The notes under the pieces are model-generated. The model ran no database searches. It had not been told where the DNA came from and worked only from the letters and a program-made list of their open reading frames with translations. Positions 45,334 through 55,310 of a DNA stretch of 64,000 nt are shown here, in pieces; within the stretch, counting starts at the first letter, position 1, and each line of letters starts with the position of its first letter. Origin of the DNA: Candidatus Microgenomatus sp. (GTDB lineage: Bacteria > Patescibacteriota > Microgenomatia > UBA8517); contig DYGS01000001.1 in assembly GCA_020724585.1 (NCBI GenBank), positions 66,893 to 130,892 on the forward strand, read 5' to 3'. The translations under genes were made by a program, and so were the position numbers.

Positions 45334-46196
45334 AAGGGTAACCTAAATTTAGTGTAACATCCGGGGTAGAGGACTTCAGATCCACCAAATTGTTTTTTGA
45401 AGTGGGTGAATCCAAGCCAAGATTTAATAGGGAAGCGGTCATCATAAATTCCTTCCATATCAAAAATTTTACAACCCATCTTTTTACCCCATAGTATACC
45501 TTGATAGAGGAGGGCGTACTGGGAGAGGGAAGTGCGACCTTCTTTGTTTGTAAAACCATACATATAATATGTAGCAAAATTTTGATTTTCGTGTGAAGAA
45601 ATCGTGAAAAGCGCTCCTCCTATAATATTGCCAAAGATATTGTGCGACGCAAGGAATATTGATGTATTGTTCGGGAAGCTTTTCTTCAAATTTAAAAATG
45701 TCTTAAGGCTTGGCACATATCGATTAAATTTTGCAGACCTTTTCCATGCATCATGAAATATTTTAATTTCTTGTGGAGTAGAATGTTCTTTTATTTTTTG
45801 CTTCTCCCCCCTTTTAATGCTGTACCTTGCTGACTTAGTAAAATTACGGAAAATCTGTTCTTTGGTTTGTGTTAAGTTGATTTGTATTGTTTTTGAAGGT
45901 AAATATGGACTTTTTGAGAGTTTATAATCATATTGCATACAGCTTACGGCTTGAAGCTGGTTAGCAGGCTCAATAATAATCTGAAATGGTTTGTATCGAT
46001 GTATTAATACATCGATACCGTCCCAGTCTAGTTTTTGAGGTCGTTGAATTTTTAAAATAGAACCCAGCAGAGGTATTTTTTTAACAAAATAATTAATATT
46101 GTCTATTCTTTCCACAATCCAACCTTGAGATTTTAGATATTTTGCATAACTTACCGTCTGCCTAATATCAGGAAGACTTTGTTTATTTGAGCTCAT
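45330..46196 (-). CDS. FemAB-family (peptidoglycan interpeptide-bridge aminoacyltransferase-like) protein.
   Basis: The C-terminal 'YMYGFTNKEGRTSLSQYALLYQGILWGKKMGCKIFDMEGI' is FemABX-like. It is a tandem paralogue of the next gene. Confidence 0.5.
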   Translation of the reverse strand: MSSNKQSLPDIRQTVSYAKYLKSQGWIVERIDNINYFVKKIPLLGSILKIQRPQKLDWDGIDVLIHRYKPFQIIIEPANQLQAVSCMQYDYKLSKSPYLPSKTIQINLTQTKEQIFRNFTKSARYSIKRGEKQKIKEHSTPQEIKIFHDAWKRSAKFNRYVPSLKTFLNLKKSFPNNTSIFLASHNIFGNIIGGALFTISSHENQNFATYYMYGFTNKEGRTSLSQYALLYQGILWGKKMGCKIFDMEGIYDDRFPIKSWLGFTHFKKQFGGSEVLYPGCYTKFRLPF

Positions 46197-47161
46197 TTCT
46201 TAAGACGAAGTATAAACCATCTGATTTTTTCTGCAAACCTATACAAATAATATAACGGCTTATTAATTACTAAATCCCAACTACCTATAAACTCAACAAC
46301 TTCTGGATTATAACCTTCCTTAAACCTTGTAAATCCTTTGCCTTCCTCTCTCCCCCATAAATCAAAAGTTTTTAATTTTAATTTTTTCCCAAACTTAATA
46401 GCTTCCCACATCATAAGATTATTAGCCATTACTTCTTTATATTTGTCAGTAGATGCTCCATATGGATAGTACAAAAATCCATCATGTGCGAAAAGAACCC
46501 AAGTGCTTATTATTTCACTTTTATCGGCTTTGCCGGCCAAGCTTGGCTTATACTTTGCAACCAACAGGTTTGCTATTGGAGTTTTTGATTTTTTGAATTT
46601 TTGAGTTTTATTCAAATATTTCCACATCAATCTGTGGTATTTGGGGGTGTGTGAGTAAAACCCTTGTCTTTTGTTTGTTTCTGCTGTTAATTCTAGGTAT
46701 TTCTCAAATGCTTTGTCACTATTATCAATTTCAACTTTAACACCATGCTTTTGAGCAAGTCGAATATTGTACCTAGTTTTACTAGAGAAAGATTTCAAAA
46801 GTTCTTCTTCACTTTTAGTTAAATCAATCCAAAATGTAGTGGGGGTAAAAAAAGGTTTTCCGGCAACAAAATATTTTTGAATTTTTTTCCATTCACCATG
46901 TTTTTTACTACCAGATACTATATTGGGCTCAAACTTTATAAAGATTGCGTCATGTTTTTTGCCTATATTTCGAAATAAATCAGGTTCTGAATCTGTAATT
47001 GGGTCGCACTTTAGGCAAGTTCCAATTGTAAAATTAGTGTGAGGGATTTTACTAAAGATAACTAATTTGCCTTTTACAAATTCGATTTCATTCCCCCACT
47101 CTTTTCTAAACTCCGCCCAAGCCTTAGTTTGTAATGGATGAGTCATATGATATTTTATCAT
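46193..47161 (-). CDS. FemAB-family aminoacyltransferase.
   Basis: The N-terminal 'HPLQTKAWAEFRKEWGNE' and the C-terminal 'MMWEAIKFGKKLKLKTFDLWG' match the FemAB/MurM pattern. Confidence 0.55.
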   Translation of the reverse strand: MIKYHMTHPLQTKAWAEFRKEWGNEIEFVKGKLVIFSKIPHTNFTIGTCLKCDPITDSEPDLFRNIGKKHDAIFIKFEPNIVSGSKKHGEWKKIQKYFVAGKPFFTPTTFWIDLTKSEEELLKSFSSKTRYNIRLAQKHGVKVEIDNSDKAFEKYLELTAETNKRQGFYSHTPKYHRLMWKYLNKTQKFKKSKTPIANLLVAKYKPSLAGKADKSEIISTWVLFAHDGFLYYPYGASTDKYKEVMANNLMMWEAIKFGKKLKLKTFDLWGREEGKGFTRFKEGYNPEVVEFIGSWDLVINKPLYYLYRFAEKIRWFILRLKK

Positions 47162-49032
47162 TTCAGATACTTATCCAAAATATCATCAAAGCCAAAATTA
47201 TCACTCTTGTTTTTTGGATTATAATCATCAAATTCATCAAAAGTTTTTGAAATACTACCATCAAGTAAGCTCTCAGGTATTTCTGAAAGGAACCTACTTG
47301 GGGTATTACTTTGAGACTGTCCATATATTAATCTTCTTGTTGCATAACTTAAATAGAGTTTTTGCTTGGCTCTTGTAATTCCTACATACATTAATCTTCT
47401 TTCTTCTTCCAACTGGTCTTTTTCCCAAAGACTTCTTGAGTGTGGAAATATCCCTTCCTCAAGGCCGACTATAAAAACCACTGGAAACTCTAAACCTTTT
47501 GCACTGTGTAGTGTCATAAGCGTAACATTGTTTGATTGTTGTGAATTTTGTGTTGCAGGCTGATTTTCTACCAAAGATACTTGTTCTAAAAATTCCAAGA
47601 TGTTGGGAAAAGATAATGCAACCGATCTCAATTCTTTTATATTTTCAAGCCTCGAAGCGTCTTCGGGATCAGTTTCTTTAAATTTCAAAATATATTCAGT
47701 GGTTGAAACTACAAGATCCATTATTTCAAGGGTTGTCATTTTTTCAACATCAATATTTAAACTTTCAAATTTTTCAAATCTTCTTTTGCCCAATGCTAGC
47801 GCTCTTTTTTTAGAGACGACATCTTTTTTATTTGCTATAAGTCTTAAATATGAAAGAATGTCTTTAATTTCTTTTCTGTCATAAAATCTCGTGCCCCCAA
47901 CTAAGACATAAGGTATTCCCTGGTGAATTAAAGCCTCTTCCAATACACGAGACTGGGCGTTTGTTCTATATAAAACCGCAATATCAGACAAAGTGATTTG
48001 TGGTGGATAGTTAGCGATTAGCGATTTGATTTCGTTTGTCACAAATTCAGCTTCATCAAAGCCGTTTTTGGCACTATATAAAGATATTTTCTCCCCCCCA
48101 TTTTTGTCTGTCCAAAGCTTTAATACGGGGTGACTGCTATTGTTTGAAATAACAAAATTTGCCGCCTCAAGTATGTTTTGCGTACTTCTATAGTTTTGCT
48201 CCAAATTAATAACTTTTATATTTGGATAATCTTTTATCAAATAATTTATATTTCTAAAATCAGCGCCGCGCCAACTGTAAATTGATTGACTCGCGTCGCC
48301 CACGGCTGTTAAAAGACCCCTCTTACTATCAAGAAGTTTGACTAGGTTATATTGAATTTTATTTGTGTCCTGCCATTCGTCTACAAATATGTGTTTTATT
48401 ATATTTTGCCATTTTTCTAAAACATCTTTATTTTTAAAAAGTTCCAAGACCTTAATCATCAGATCGTCAAAATCTAGGGCATTAATTTCCTTTAATCGTT
48501 TTTGATATTCTCTATAGACTCTTGAAACAACTTTCCCAAAATCGCCATGAGCAATTTCTTCATAAAAAGTTGGGTCTAGCATTTGGTTTTTAGCTTCACT
48601 AATTGAATATAGAATTGAATTGGGCCTAAAATTATCAGGTATATTTAAATCGTTACAAATGTCTTTGACTAAATCTTTTTGATCATTATCGTCATATATT
48701 AAAAAGTTTGTATCAATTCCAATTGCATTTCCATCAATTCGTAGTATTTTTGCACAAAAACTATGAAATGTGCCAGCAAAGGCTAATTTCTGATTATTGT
48801 CATCAAGAAGCCTTGATATTCTTTCCTTCATTTCATTTGCGGCCTTGTTGGTAAATGTTAGAAGTAAACAATTCTGCGCCTCAACTACATTTTCTTTTAT
48901 TAAATATGCGACTCTATGGGTTAAAACTTTAGTTTTTCCTGATCCCGCACCGGCTAAAACCAAAAGCGGATTTCCACCATCCGGTGAATAATATTCCACT
49001 GCTTCTCGTTGTTGCTTGTTCAAATCATCCAT
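47158..49032 (-). CDS. pcrA: ATP-dependent DNA helicase PcrA/UvrD.
   Basis: 'LNKQQREAVEYYSPDGGNPLLVLAGAGSGKTKVLTHRVAYLI' is helicase motif I. The start is set at ATG 49032 (MDDLNKQQ...). The ORF track extends further upstream through a Gln/Lys-rich N-terminus to 49215. Confidence 0.8.
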   Translation of the reverse strand: MDDLNKQQREAVEYYSPDGGNPLLVLAGAGSGKTKVLTHRVAYLIKENVVEAQNCLLLTFTNKAANEMKERISRLLDDNNQKLAFAGTFHSFCAKILRIDGNAIGIDTNFLIYDDNDQKDLVKDICNDLNIPDNFRPNSILYSISEAKNQMLDPTFYEEIAHGDFGKVVSRVYREYQKRLKEINALDFDDLMIKVLELFKNKDVLEKWQNIIKHIFVDEWQDTNKIQYNLVKLLDSKRGLLTAVGDASQSIYSWRGADFRNINYLIKDYPNIKVINLEQNYRSTQNILEAANFVISNNSSHPVLKLWTDKNGGEKISLYSAKNGFDEAEFVTNEIKSLIANYPPQITLSDIAVLYRTNAQSRVLEEALIHQGIPYVLVGGTRFYDRKEIKDILSYLRLIANKKDVVSKKRALALGKRRFEKFESLNIDVEKMTTLEIMDLVVSTTEYILKFKETDPEDASRLENIKELRSVALSFPNILEFLEQVSLVENQPATQNSQQSNNVTLMTLHSAKGLEFPVVFIVGLEEGIFPHSRSLWEKDQLEEERRLMYVGITRAKQKLYLSYATRRLIYGQSQSNTPSRFLSEIPESLLDGSISKTFDEFDDYNPKNKSDNFGFDDILDKYLK

Positions 49033-49071
49033 AATCTTGTTTATATACCCTAAAGCAAATACAATAGTAGC

Positions 49072-49989
49072 ATGAGAATTATTAAATTTGTTTTGCTGTT
49101 TTTGTTGCTGCTTTTTCTTTTTTTGACAACAAGCGCGGTAGTTGCCTATATAAAGATCCCTGATCTTAAAGAAAATCAGGCAATTTTGATTTTGGGAAAG
49201 GGAGGTGAAGGACATACTGCCTCGGATTTAACTGATGTTATAATGCTTGCTTACTTAAATAAAAATAAAAATAGGATAAGCGTGATTTCAATTCCTCGGG
49301 ATATCTGGATTTTTGAAACCAGAGCAAAAATAAATGCGAGTTATTATTATGGAGGTTTTAAAATGGTTAGTAAGAGTATTAAGTCGATTACAAATATTGA
49401 GATATCAAATGTTATAGTGATTGATTTTGATTTTTTTAAGGAGTTTATTGATGCCATTGGTGGGATTGAGGTTGTGGTTGAAAATTCGTTTGTTGACCAA
49501 AAGTTTCCCATTCCTGGCCGCGAAAACGATTTGTGCGGCGGGGATAGAACATTTGCCTGCAGGTATGAGACTCTTCAATTTCTTAAGGGTAAGCAACTGA
49601 TGAATGGTGAGACGGCTCTTAAGTTTGTAAGGAGTAGGAATGCTAAGGGAGACGAAGGTACAGATCTGGCAAGAGAAAAAAGACAACAGAAAGTTGTTGA
49701 CGCGATAAAAAAGAAACTTACCTTCCCGCAGATATTGACAAGTCCTATGGTTATTAAAAATATATATAGTGTCCTTTCTAACAATTTGAAAACAGATCTA
49801 GACAAAAACAAAGCGATGGTTATTTTGAAATACCTGGCCGGATCGAAGCCAAATATTTCATATCTTAATTTTCCTCAAGAATTGATTACTGCCTCAATCA
49901 ACAATAAAAAATATGACTATCAATATGTTTTTATTCCAAAAGATGGATCTTGGGAGCCGCTTCAACAATGGTTTATGAGTAACTTTTAG
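49072..49989 (+). CDS. LytR-CpsA-Psr (LCP) family cell-wall glycopolymer transferase.
   Basis: It has an N-terminal TM. 'ILILGKGGEGHTASDLTDVIMLAYLNKNKNRISVISIPRDIWI' and 'LKFVRSRNAKGDEGTDLAREKRQQKVVDAI' are the LCP catalytic core. Confidence 0.8.
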   Translation: MRIIKFVLLFLLLLFLFLTTSAVVAYIKIPDLKENQAILILGKGGEGHTASDLTDVIMLAYLNKNKNRISVISIPRDIWIFETRAKINASYYYGGFKMVSKSIKSITNIEISNVIVIDFDFFKEFIDAIGGIEVVVENSFVDQKFPIPGRENDLCGGDRTFACRYETLQFLKGKQLMNGETALKFVRSRNAKGDEGTDLAREKRQQKVVDAIKKKLTFPQILTSPMVIKNIYSVLSNNLKTDLDKNKAMVILKYLAGSKPNISYLNFPQELITASINNKKYDYQYVFIPKDGSWEPLQQWFMSNF

Positions 49990-49993
49990 ATTT

Positions 49994-51166
49994 TTACCAC
50001 CCTACCCATCCGAATTTATTTATCCACAAAACTCCCCAGAAGTTAACAAGGGCGCCAAAGAAAAGTAGGATCCAATGTATTTTTTTTGGCCCATTTCCTT
50101 TTGCAACTCCCTTTATTGTTAAATAAGTCAAAAATGGATAGAAATCGACGGCAAATCTGTATCCAAATTGAGCGAAACCTGTCCCGCCATGGGCTCCGAC
50201 AATTATAAATATCAAGAAAATTGAAAGCCATGATAGTTTTACAAAAAGTTCTTTAAAGTTGGCTTTCAGGGCAAAAATGAACGCGGGAGTTGTTAGCCAG
50301 ATGGCCATCCCCGCCCAAGATGGAATAATATATGGGAATGCACTTACTATTATTGGCAATTTTAAAAAGGCGACTTTTAAATCCTCAATAATGTAAGTTG
50401 GGTGCATGATTCCCTTGGCAAACCATGGTTCATTTTGGGTTCCGGGGATTAAAAAATATCCCTGGTTAAAAAGTGTTCCATAGCGACTGAAGTTATAGAA
50501 AAGGTCAAATCCAAAAAATATTGAAAAGATTGCTCCAAAGTAAATTACAGGCTTAAAGTTTTTAAAATGTTTCCAAATAACAAAAGCCGTGGCAGGAAAA
50601 ATTAAAATTAAATGAACTCGAGACAGGTAAGCGCAGCCTAGAAAAAAACCCAAAAGAAACGGTCTTTTTTTGCCCAGCAACTCATTTATCAAAAGAGTTA
50701 AAAATAATGCGGCAGTAATTTGTCCTAAATACCAAACTGAGCCAACACTTGATAAAAACCAAACAATACTGCCAACCCCAATCAAAAGCATGGACCAGGC
50801 AGCAAGTTTTAATTCGTTTTTAATTTTTAAGGACATACAGAAAGTAGAAAATGCCAGTAAAACGCCAATTAGATGAGCAAATATATGTTGCGGGAAAGAC
50901 AAACCCCAAATCGCAACGAATGGCAAAAGAAGTATTGCGGGCATTGGAGGGTTGACTATAAAAAATCTAAATTCATCAAGCGGAGCTTTTTCAATCCAAG
51001 GATAAATTCCCTCGACGAAAAAGTTTCCTTTTAAAAAAGCATCTGATAATAAAACAAAGTGATTATAGGGAGTTTCACCTCCTGAAGTAAAAAAATAAAT
51101 TATAAAAATACCGATTGATAATAAAATGCTTACCAGCCAAGTTCGATTGCCCATAATACCCCCCAA
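49994..51166 (-). CDS. Polytopic membrane protein, probably a GT-C fold glycosyltransferase. It is a paralogue of the 51130-52296 gene.
   Basis: It has ~11 TM helices. The C-terminal motif 'NFWGVLWINKFGWVGW' is shared with the next gene ('NFWGVLWAIELGW'). Confidence 0.45.
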   Translation of the reverse strand: MGGIMGNRTWLVSILLSIGIFIIYFFTSGGETPYNHFVLLSDAFLKGNFFVEGIYPWIEKAPLDEFRFFIVNPPMPAILLLPFVAIWGLSFPQHIFAHLIGVLLAFSTFCMSLKIKNELKLAAWSMLLIGVGSIVWFLSSVGSVWYLGQITAALFLTLLINELLGKKRPFLLGFFLGCAYLSRVHLILIFPATAFVIWKHFKNFKPVIYFGAIFSIFFGFDLFYNFSRYGTLFNQGYFLIPGTQNEPWFAKGIMHPTYIIEDLKVAFLKLPIIVSAFPYIIPSWAGMAIWLTTPAFIFALKANFKELFVKLSWLSIFLIFIIVGAHGGTGFAQFGYRFAVDFYPFLTYLTIKGVAKGNGPKKIHWILLFFGALVNFWGVLWINKFGWVGW

Positions 51167-52296
51167 AAATTTACTATAACAGAAATTAAAATAAGAGTAA
51201 GATTTAAAACTGTTGGTTTAAAACGAATCGTCAAAATGATCATTAAAAAGACAATAAAATCCAAAACAAATCTGTATCCAAATTGAACCCAGCCTTGGGC
51301 ATAGTGCATAAAAACGGGAATTGCTGCAAAAATAGATCCTATGTATAGATTTAATTCCCTTTTATTTTTAAACTTAGGCAAAAGAGCAAGAAAGAGAAGC
51401 GGAGATGTGAATAAAACCCCCATTCCAAATGGAGATGGTCTTATTTGTCTGATTGTCCCATCGGAGATGGATATATCTGGAGGCATTGATAAAAAGGCGT
51501 AGAGATGAGACGGAATATTTCTGACATCAAAATAATTAAATTTTTGACCAACAGAATATTTTAGGTTTGAGTTTTTATATTGTTGATAGACTTTCTTGTA
51601 GCCGGTTTCAAAAACATCACCAAATCTTAAATAATTGTAACTGAAAAATATCGGGATGAAAATAAATGCTCCCATTAGAAAACTCAAAAACTTTTTTGGG
51701 GTTTTAAACAGTTCCAAAAGAAAAAATATTCCGGATAAAATTACAGACATTCTAGTTAATACGGCAAGGGCAAAAAATACCCCCGATAAAAAATATAGCT
51801 TTTTAAAATGAAAAAGAAGCGAAGTCGTCAGAAAAAAAACCAAAACTACATGAGCAAAAAACCAAGTTGTTCCCACAACTGCTGACCAAAAGAAACTCGT
51901 TCCAAATCCAAAAAAAAGAGACAAAAGTACCGAGTTTTTTTGTGAGGTAAAGTTGGTAAGCAATATATAAATAATTGCAATATTTATGCTCCCTAAAATT
52001 ATTGAAGCTTGCTGTTGGGTTACATTTCCATCGATAATTAAAAAAGGAAGCAGAGCAAATGATGCTCCGGGGGGAAATGGCACATAAATCTTGCCTTCAA
52101 ATTCTATTTTATCGTGGTAAAATTGTGGAAGGTTTGGCATGTCTACACGCATAACAAGAATTGATTTGGCCAGATGTAAATAGTGATCGTACCAGTTTCT
52201 AGGATCAGGATATATGTTTTTGTATATCAGCCAAGTTCCTACAAATAACAAAATTGGAATTAACACATGAGAAAATTTTTTAATAAGTTTATACAT
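51130..52296 (-). CDS. Polytopic membrane protein, probably a GT-C fold glycosyltransferase.
   Basis: It is a paralogue of the preceding gene, with the same length and a conserved C-terminus. Confidence 0.45.
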   Translation of the reverse strand: MYKLIKKFSHVLIPILLFVGTWLIYKNIYPDPRNWYDHYLHLAKSILVMRVDMPNLPQFYHDKIEFEGKIYVPFPPGASFALLPFLIIDGNVTQQQASIILGSINIAIIYILLTNFTSQKNSVLLSLFFGFGTSFFWSAVVGTTWFFAHVVLVFFLTTSLLFHFKKLYFLSGVFFALAVLTRMSVILSGIFFLLELFKTPKKFLSFLMGAFIFIPIFFSYNYLRFGDVFETGYKKVYQQYKNSNLKYSVGQKFNYFDVRNIPSHLYAFLSMPPDISISDGTIRQIRPSPFGMGVLFTSPLLFLALLPKFKNKRELNLYIGSIFAAIPVFMHYAQGWVQFGYRFVLDFIVFLMIILTIRFKPTVLNLTLILISVIVNFWGVLWAIELGW

Positions 52297-54678
52297 AAAC
52301 TTGATTTTAACATTTTTTATCTGTTGTTTTCGGCTCTAATTTTTAGACTTTTTATTGCCAATTTTGGCATACTTGATCTTGATCAAGGCACTTTCATTGC
52401 CTGGGCGAAAAATCTATCAGAGAATGGTTTTGGGACCTTTTACGATTCTTGGTCGGATTATTTTCCTGGGTATTTGTATGTTTTATATTTGTTGGGTAAG
52501 ATTAACTCGATACTGCCCGAGCTTCAAACGATTTTATTTAAGTTGCCGGCAATTTTTGCCGATCTAATAACTGGTTATTTAATTTACAAGGTAATCTTGA
52601 ATATCGGAAAAGAAAAAACCGCTATTATTGTTTCTAGTCTTTATCTTTTTAATCCTGCAGTTTTTGCCAACTCATCTCTTTGGGGGCAAGTTGATAGTTT
52701 AACAGCTCTGTTTTCTGTTTTGTCTTTGTTTGTTTTTTCTAAATCATATCTTCTATCTTCTATCTTTTTGTCCGTGGGGACATTAATAAAGCCTCAGGCG
52801 GCTTTTGTCCTGCCTGCATTTTTTTACCTAATGTCTAAAAATAAATTTAATTTCAAAAAATTTTTAACATTTGGCCTTTCAGCATTTAGCATTTTTATTT
52901 TTGGTTTCTTACCTTTTAATAATAGACCTAACTTTTTAGAGTTTATTTTAGAGAGATTTTCGGTTTCGTCGGGCCAATATCCCTACGGATCCGTTAACGC
53001 TTTTTCATTTTGGGGTTTTTTTGGGTTTTGGAAGCCCGACAATTTTATTTTATGGATAGGACTTACTATTTCACTTATTTTAATCATTCTAATTACGATA
53101 ATTATTCTTAAAAAGAAAACAATAAATGGGGAATATCTAATTTCCGGCTTCTCATTTTTAGTAACCTTCCTATTTATGACTAGAATGCATGAAAGACATC
53201 TTCTTCCCTCTCTTGCTCCTCTTTTAATTTACGCATCGACAAATTCATTGGCACTAATTTCTTATTTTCTTCTCTCGCTAACTTATTTGGCAAATTTGTC
53301 TTATGCCTATCAATGGATAACATATAACTTTAAAGAAATATTTAATTTAACTATGATTAGAATTTTTATAGCTGTAAATATTTCCACTTTAGTTTTAATG
53401 ATTATCTCTTTGTTTAAAAATATAAAAATAAAATTTGTTAAATTTGCCAAGGGAGATATACAAAACTTTTCTTTCAAAACAAAAGATGTTTCAAAGAAAA
53501 AAGCCATGCTTCTTTTAAGTGCAGTATTTTTATTTGGATTTTTAACGAGATTTTATGGACTAAATAAGCCCGAGAATATGTATTTTGATGAGGTTTATCA
53601 TGCGTTTACAGCAAAACTAGTTTATCAAAATGATCCCAAGGCTTGGGAGTGGTGGAATCCGCATCCCGAAGGTTTTGCTTACGAGTGGACACACCCCCCG
53701 CTTTCCAAATTGGGAATGGCACTAGGTATGATTATTTTTGGTAATAATTCTTTTGGCTGGAGGGCCCCACAAGCGATATTAGGGTCTCTTTGTGTTTTGT
53801 TAATTTATTTTTTGGTTAAAGAAATATTTAAGGATAGATTAACTGCTATTTTGGCATCATTAGTTTTTACACTTGAAGGATTGCCGTTGGTATTAAGTCG
53901 AATGGGAATGAATGATATCTATTTATTATTTTTCTTAATTTTGTCATTTTTACTTTTCTTAAAAGACAAAAGCTTTTTCTCCGCTTTAGCTTTCGGATTA
54001 GCTTTATCTTCAAAATGGAGCGCAATTTACGCAATTCCAGTGTTTATAGTTTCCTTCTTTGTCTTTAAAAAGAAATTTAGAGTCTCATATTTATCTTTTT
54101 TGGTAATTCCGATCCTTATTTATATTTCAAGCTATTTTTTAATGTTTAAGACAGGACATAGTTGGGATCAATTTATTGAGGTACAAAAACAGATGTGGTG
54201 GTACCACACCAATTTGGATGCGGATCATCCGTACACATCGCCAGCCTGGACCTGGCCGCTTAATATTAGACCTGTTTATTTATATGATGGACAAGTTGAT
54301 GGTAACGGAAAAGTTGCAAGAATATATGCTTTTGGAAATCCCACTGTTTTATGGTTTGGGTTATTTTCAATAATTCTATCAATTTTTATATCCAAAAAAG
54401 AAAAGAATAAAAAACTTGGATTTTTAATTTTTTCCTATTTAATTTTTTTCCTTCCGTGGCTTGCGAGTCCTAGAATTATGTTTTTCTACCACTATTTACC
54501 ATCAATTCCGTTTTTGGCAATTATCGCGGGGTATATTTTGAGGCGACTTGAAAAGATTAGATTTATCTTTTTAGCATTAGCCTTTATAACATTTATTTAC
54601 TTTTACCCACATTGGACGGGGGTTAGGATTCCAATTAAGCTTGACGAAAGTTACTACTGGTTTTCCTCGTGGCGCTGA
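52267..54678 (+). CDS. Two-module GT-C membrane glycosyltransferase. Its C-terminal half is PMT/GT39 (protein O-mannosyltransferase)-like.
   Basis: The 803-aa protein contains 'MYFDEVYHAFTAKL', a DE motif in the first loop as in PMT/ArnT enzymes, starting near residue 440. The N-terminal half is a separate polytopic domain. Confidence 0.5.
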   Translation: MRKFFNKFIHKLDFNIFYLLFSALIFRLFIANFGILDLDQGTFIAWAKNLSENGFGTFYDSWSDYFPGYLYVLYLLGKINSILPELQTILFKLPAIFADLITGYLIYKVILNIGKEKTAIIVSSLYLFNPAVFANSSLWGQVDSLTALFSVLSLFVFSKSYLLSSIFLSVGTLIKPQAAFVLPAFFYLMSKNKFNFKKFLTFGLSAFSIFIFGFLPFNNRPNFLEFILERFSVSSGQYPYGSVNAFSFWGFFGFWKPDNFILWIGLTISLILIILITIIILKKKTINGEYLISGFSFLVTFLFMTRMHERHLLPSLAPLLIYASTNSLALISYFLLSLTYLANLSYAYQWITYNFKEIFNLTMIRIFIAVNISTLVLMIISLFKNIKIKFVKFAKGDIQNFSFKTKDVSKKKAMLLLSAVFLFGFLTRFYGLNKPENMYFDEVYHAFTAKLVYQNDPKAWEWWNPHPEGFAYEWTHPPLSKLGMALGMIIFGNNSFGWRAPQAILGSLCVLLIYFLVKEIFKDRLTAILASLVFTLEGLPLVLSRMGMNDIYLLFFLILSFLLFLKDKSFFSALAFGLALSSKWSAIYAIPVFIVSFFVFKKKFRVSYLSFLVIPILIYISSYFLMFKTGHSWDQFIEVQKQMWWYHTNLDADHPYTSPAWTWPLNIRPVYLYDGQVDGNGKVARIYAFGNPTVLWFGLFSIILSIFISKKEKNKKLGFLIFSYLIFFLPWLASPRIMFFYHYLPSIPFLAIIAGYILRRLEKIRFIFLALAFITFIYFYPHWTGVRIPIKLDESYYWFSSWR

Positions 54679-54701
54679 GACATAAAACACATGAAGGGTA
54701 T

Positions 54702-55295
54702 CTAGAGCGCGAGCAGTAATGACCCGATTATTATAAGTATTCCAAATCCCGCCCCCAATATTGTGGGCCATTTGGTTCCGACCTCAGGTAATGGTGGCGA
54801 TGTTGGGGTGGCAGTTGAGGTCGGGGTAGCGGTTGAACAGATGCAGTCTGAATCTGTCAAGCATTGTGTGTTTCTGCAGTTTCCTGTGGTTGCCCCGCTT
54901 GGAATATAACAAATTAGGTTAGACGGGCATTGGCTGTTTGATGTACAGCTATAGTTGCATTGTGGTGGCGATGTTGGGGTGGCAGTTGAGGTGGGCGTTG
55001 ATGTCGGTGTTCCTGATCCTGTAGATGTCGGTGTCGGTGAACCCGTCCCGGTTGGAGTCGATGTACTCGTTGCTGTTGGAGTTGGTGTAGCGGTAGATAA
55101 AGATAAGCTAAACGACAGAGAACATAAATTTGGGGAGGGAGTTTGGGTTGCGTCTGCCCTTGGCCTACTTGATGGAACATTTGGAGCAACTGTCTGTTGC
55201 CTTGTTTGATAGAGCTTCATGGCGGTAAAGATTGCAACGCCCGCCAAAACGAGTGTTGTTAATATTATTCCAACAACTGTTAATTTGTTTTTCAT
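54702..55295 (-). CDS. Membrane-anchored Thr/Pro-rich, Cys-rich surface protein with a C-terminal hydrophobic segment.
   Basis: It has an N-terminal anchor, TPT/STP repeats, a Cys-rich core (CNYSCTSNSQCPSNLICY...CRNTQCLTDSDCIC), and the C-terminus 'LPEVGTKWPTILGAGFGILIIIGSLLLAL'. Confidence 0.45.
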   Translation of the reverse strand: MKNKLTVVGIILTTLVLAGVAIFTAMKLYQTRQQTVAPNVPSSRPRADATQTPSPNLCSLSFSLSLSTATPTPTATSTSTPTGTGSPTPTSTGSGTPTSTPTSTATPTSPPQCNYSCTSNSQCPSNLICYIPSGATTGNCRNTQCLTDSDCICSTATPTSTATPTSPPLPEVGTKWPTILGAGFGILIIIGSLLLAL

Positions 55296-55310
55296 ATATT
55301 TTTTAAAAAA

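Noticed and set aside
49033-49215. N-terminal extension of the pcrA ORF call (MSFTSLSQNQNC...CCQKKKKQQQKQQNK).
   Set aside because: The low-complexity Gln/Lys run lies upstream of a well-conserved MDDLNKQQREAV helicase N-terminus, so the start was moved to ATG 49032. The extension probably reflects an open frame in AT-rich DNA.
54914-55209. ORFs 54914-55189 (minus) and 54955-55209 (plus), with His/Gln/Arg-rich or Val/Gly/Asp-rich products.
   Set aside because: They are alternative-frame readings of the GC-rich repeat region of the Thr/Pro-rich gene. Their repetitive artefactual composition and full overlap with a better-supported ORF mark them as spurious.
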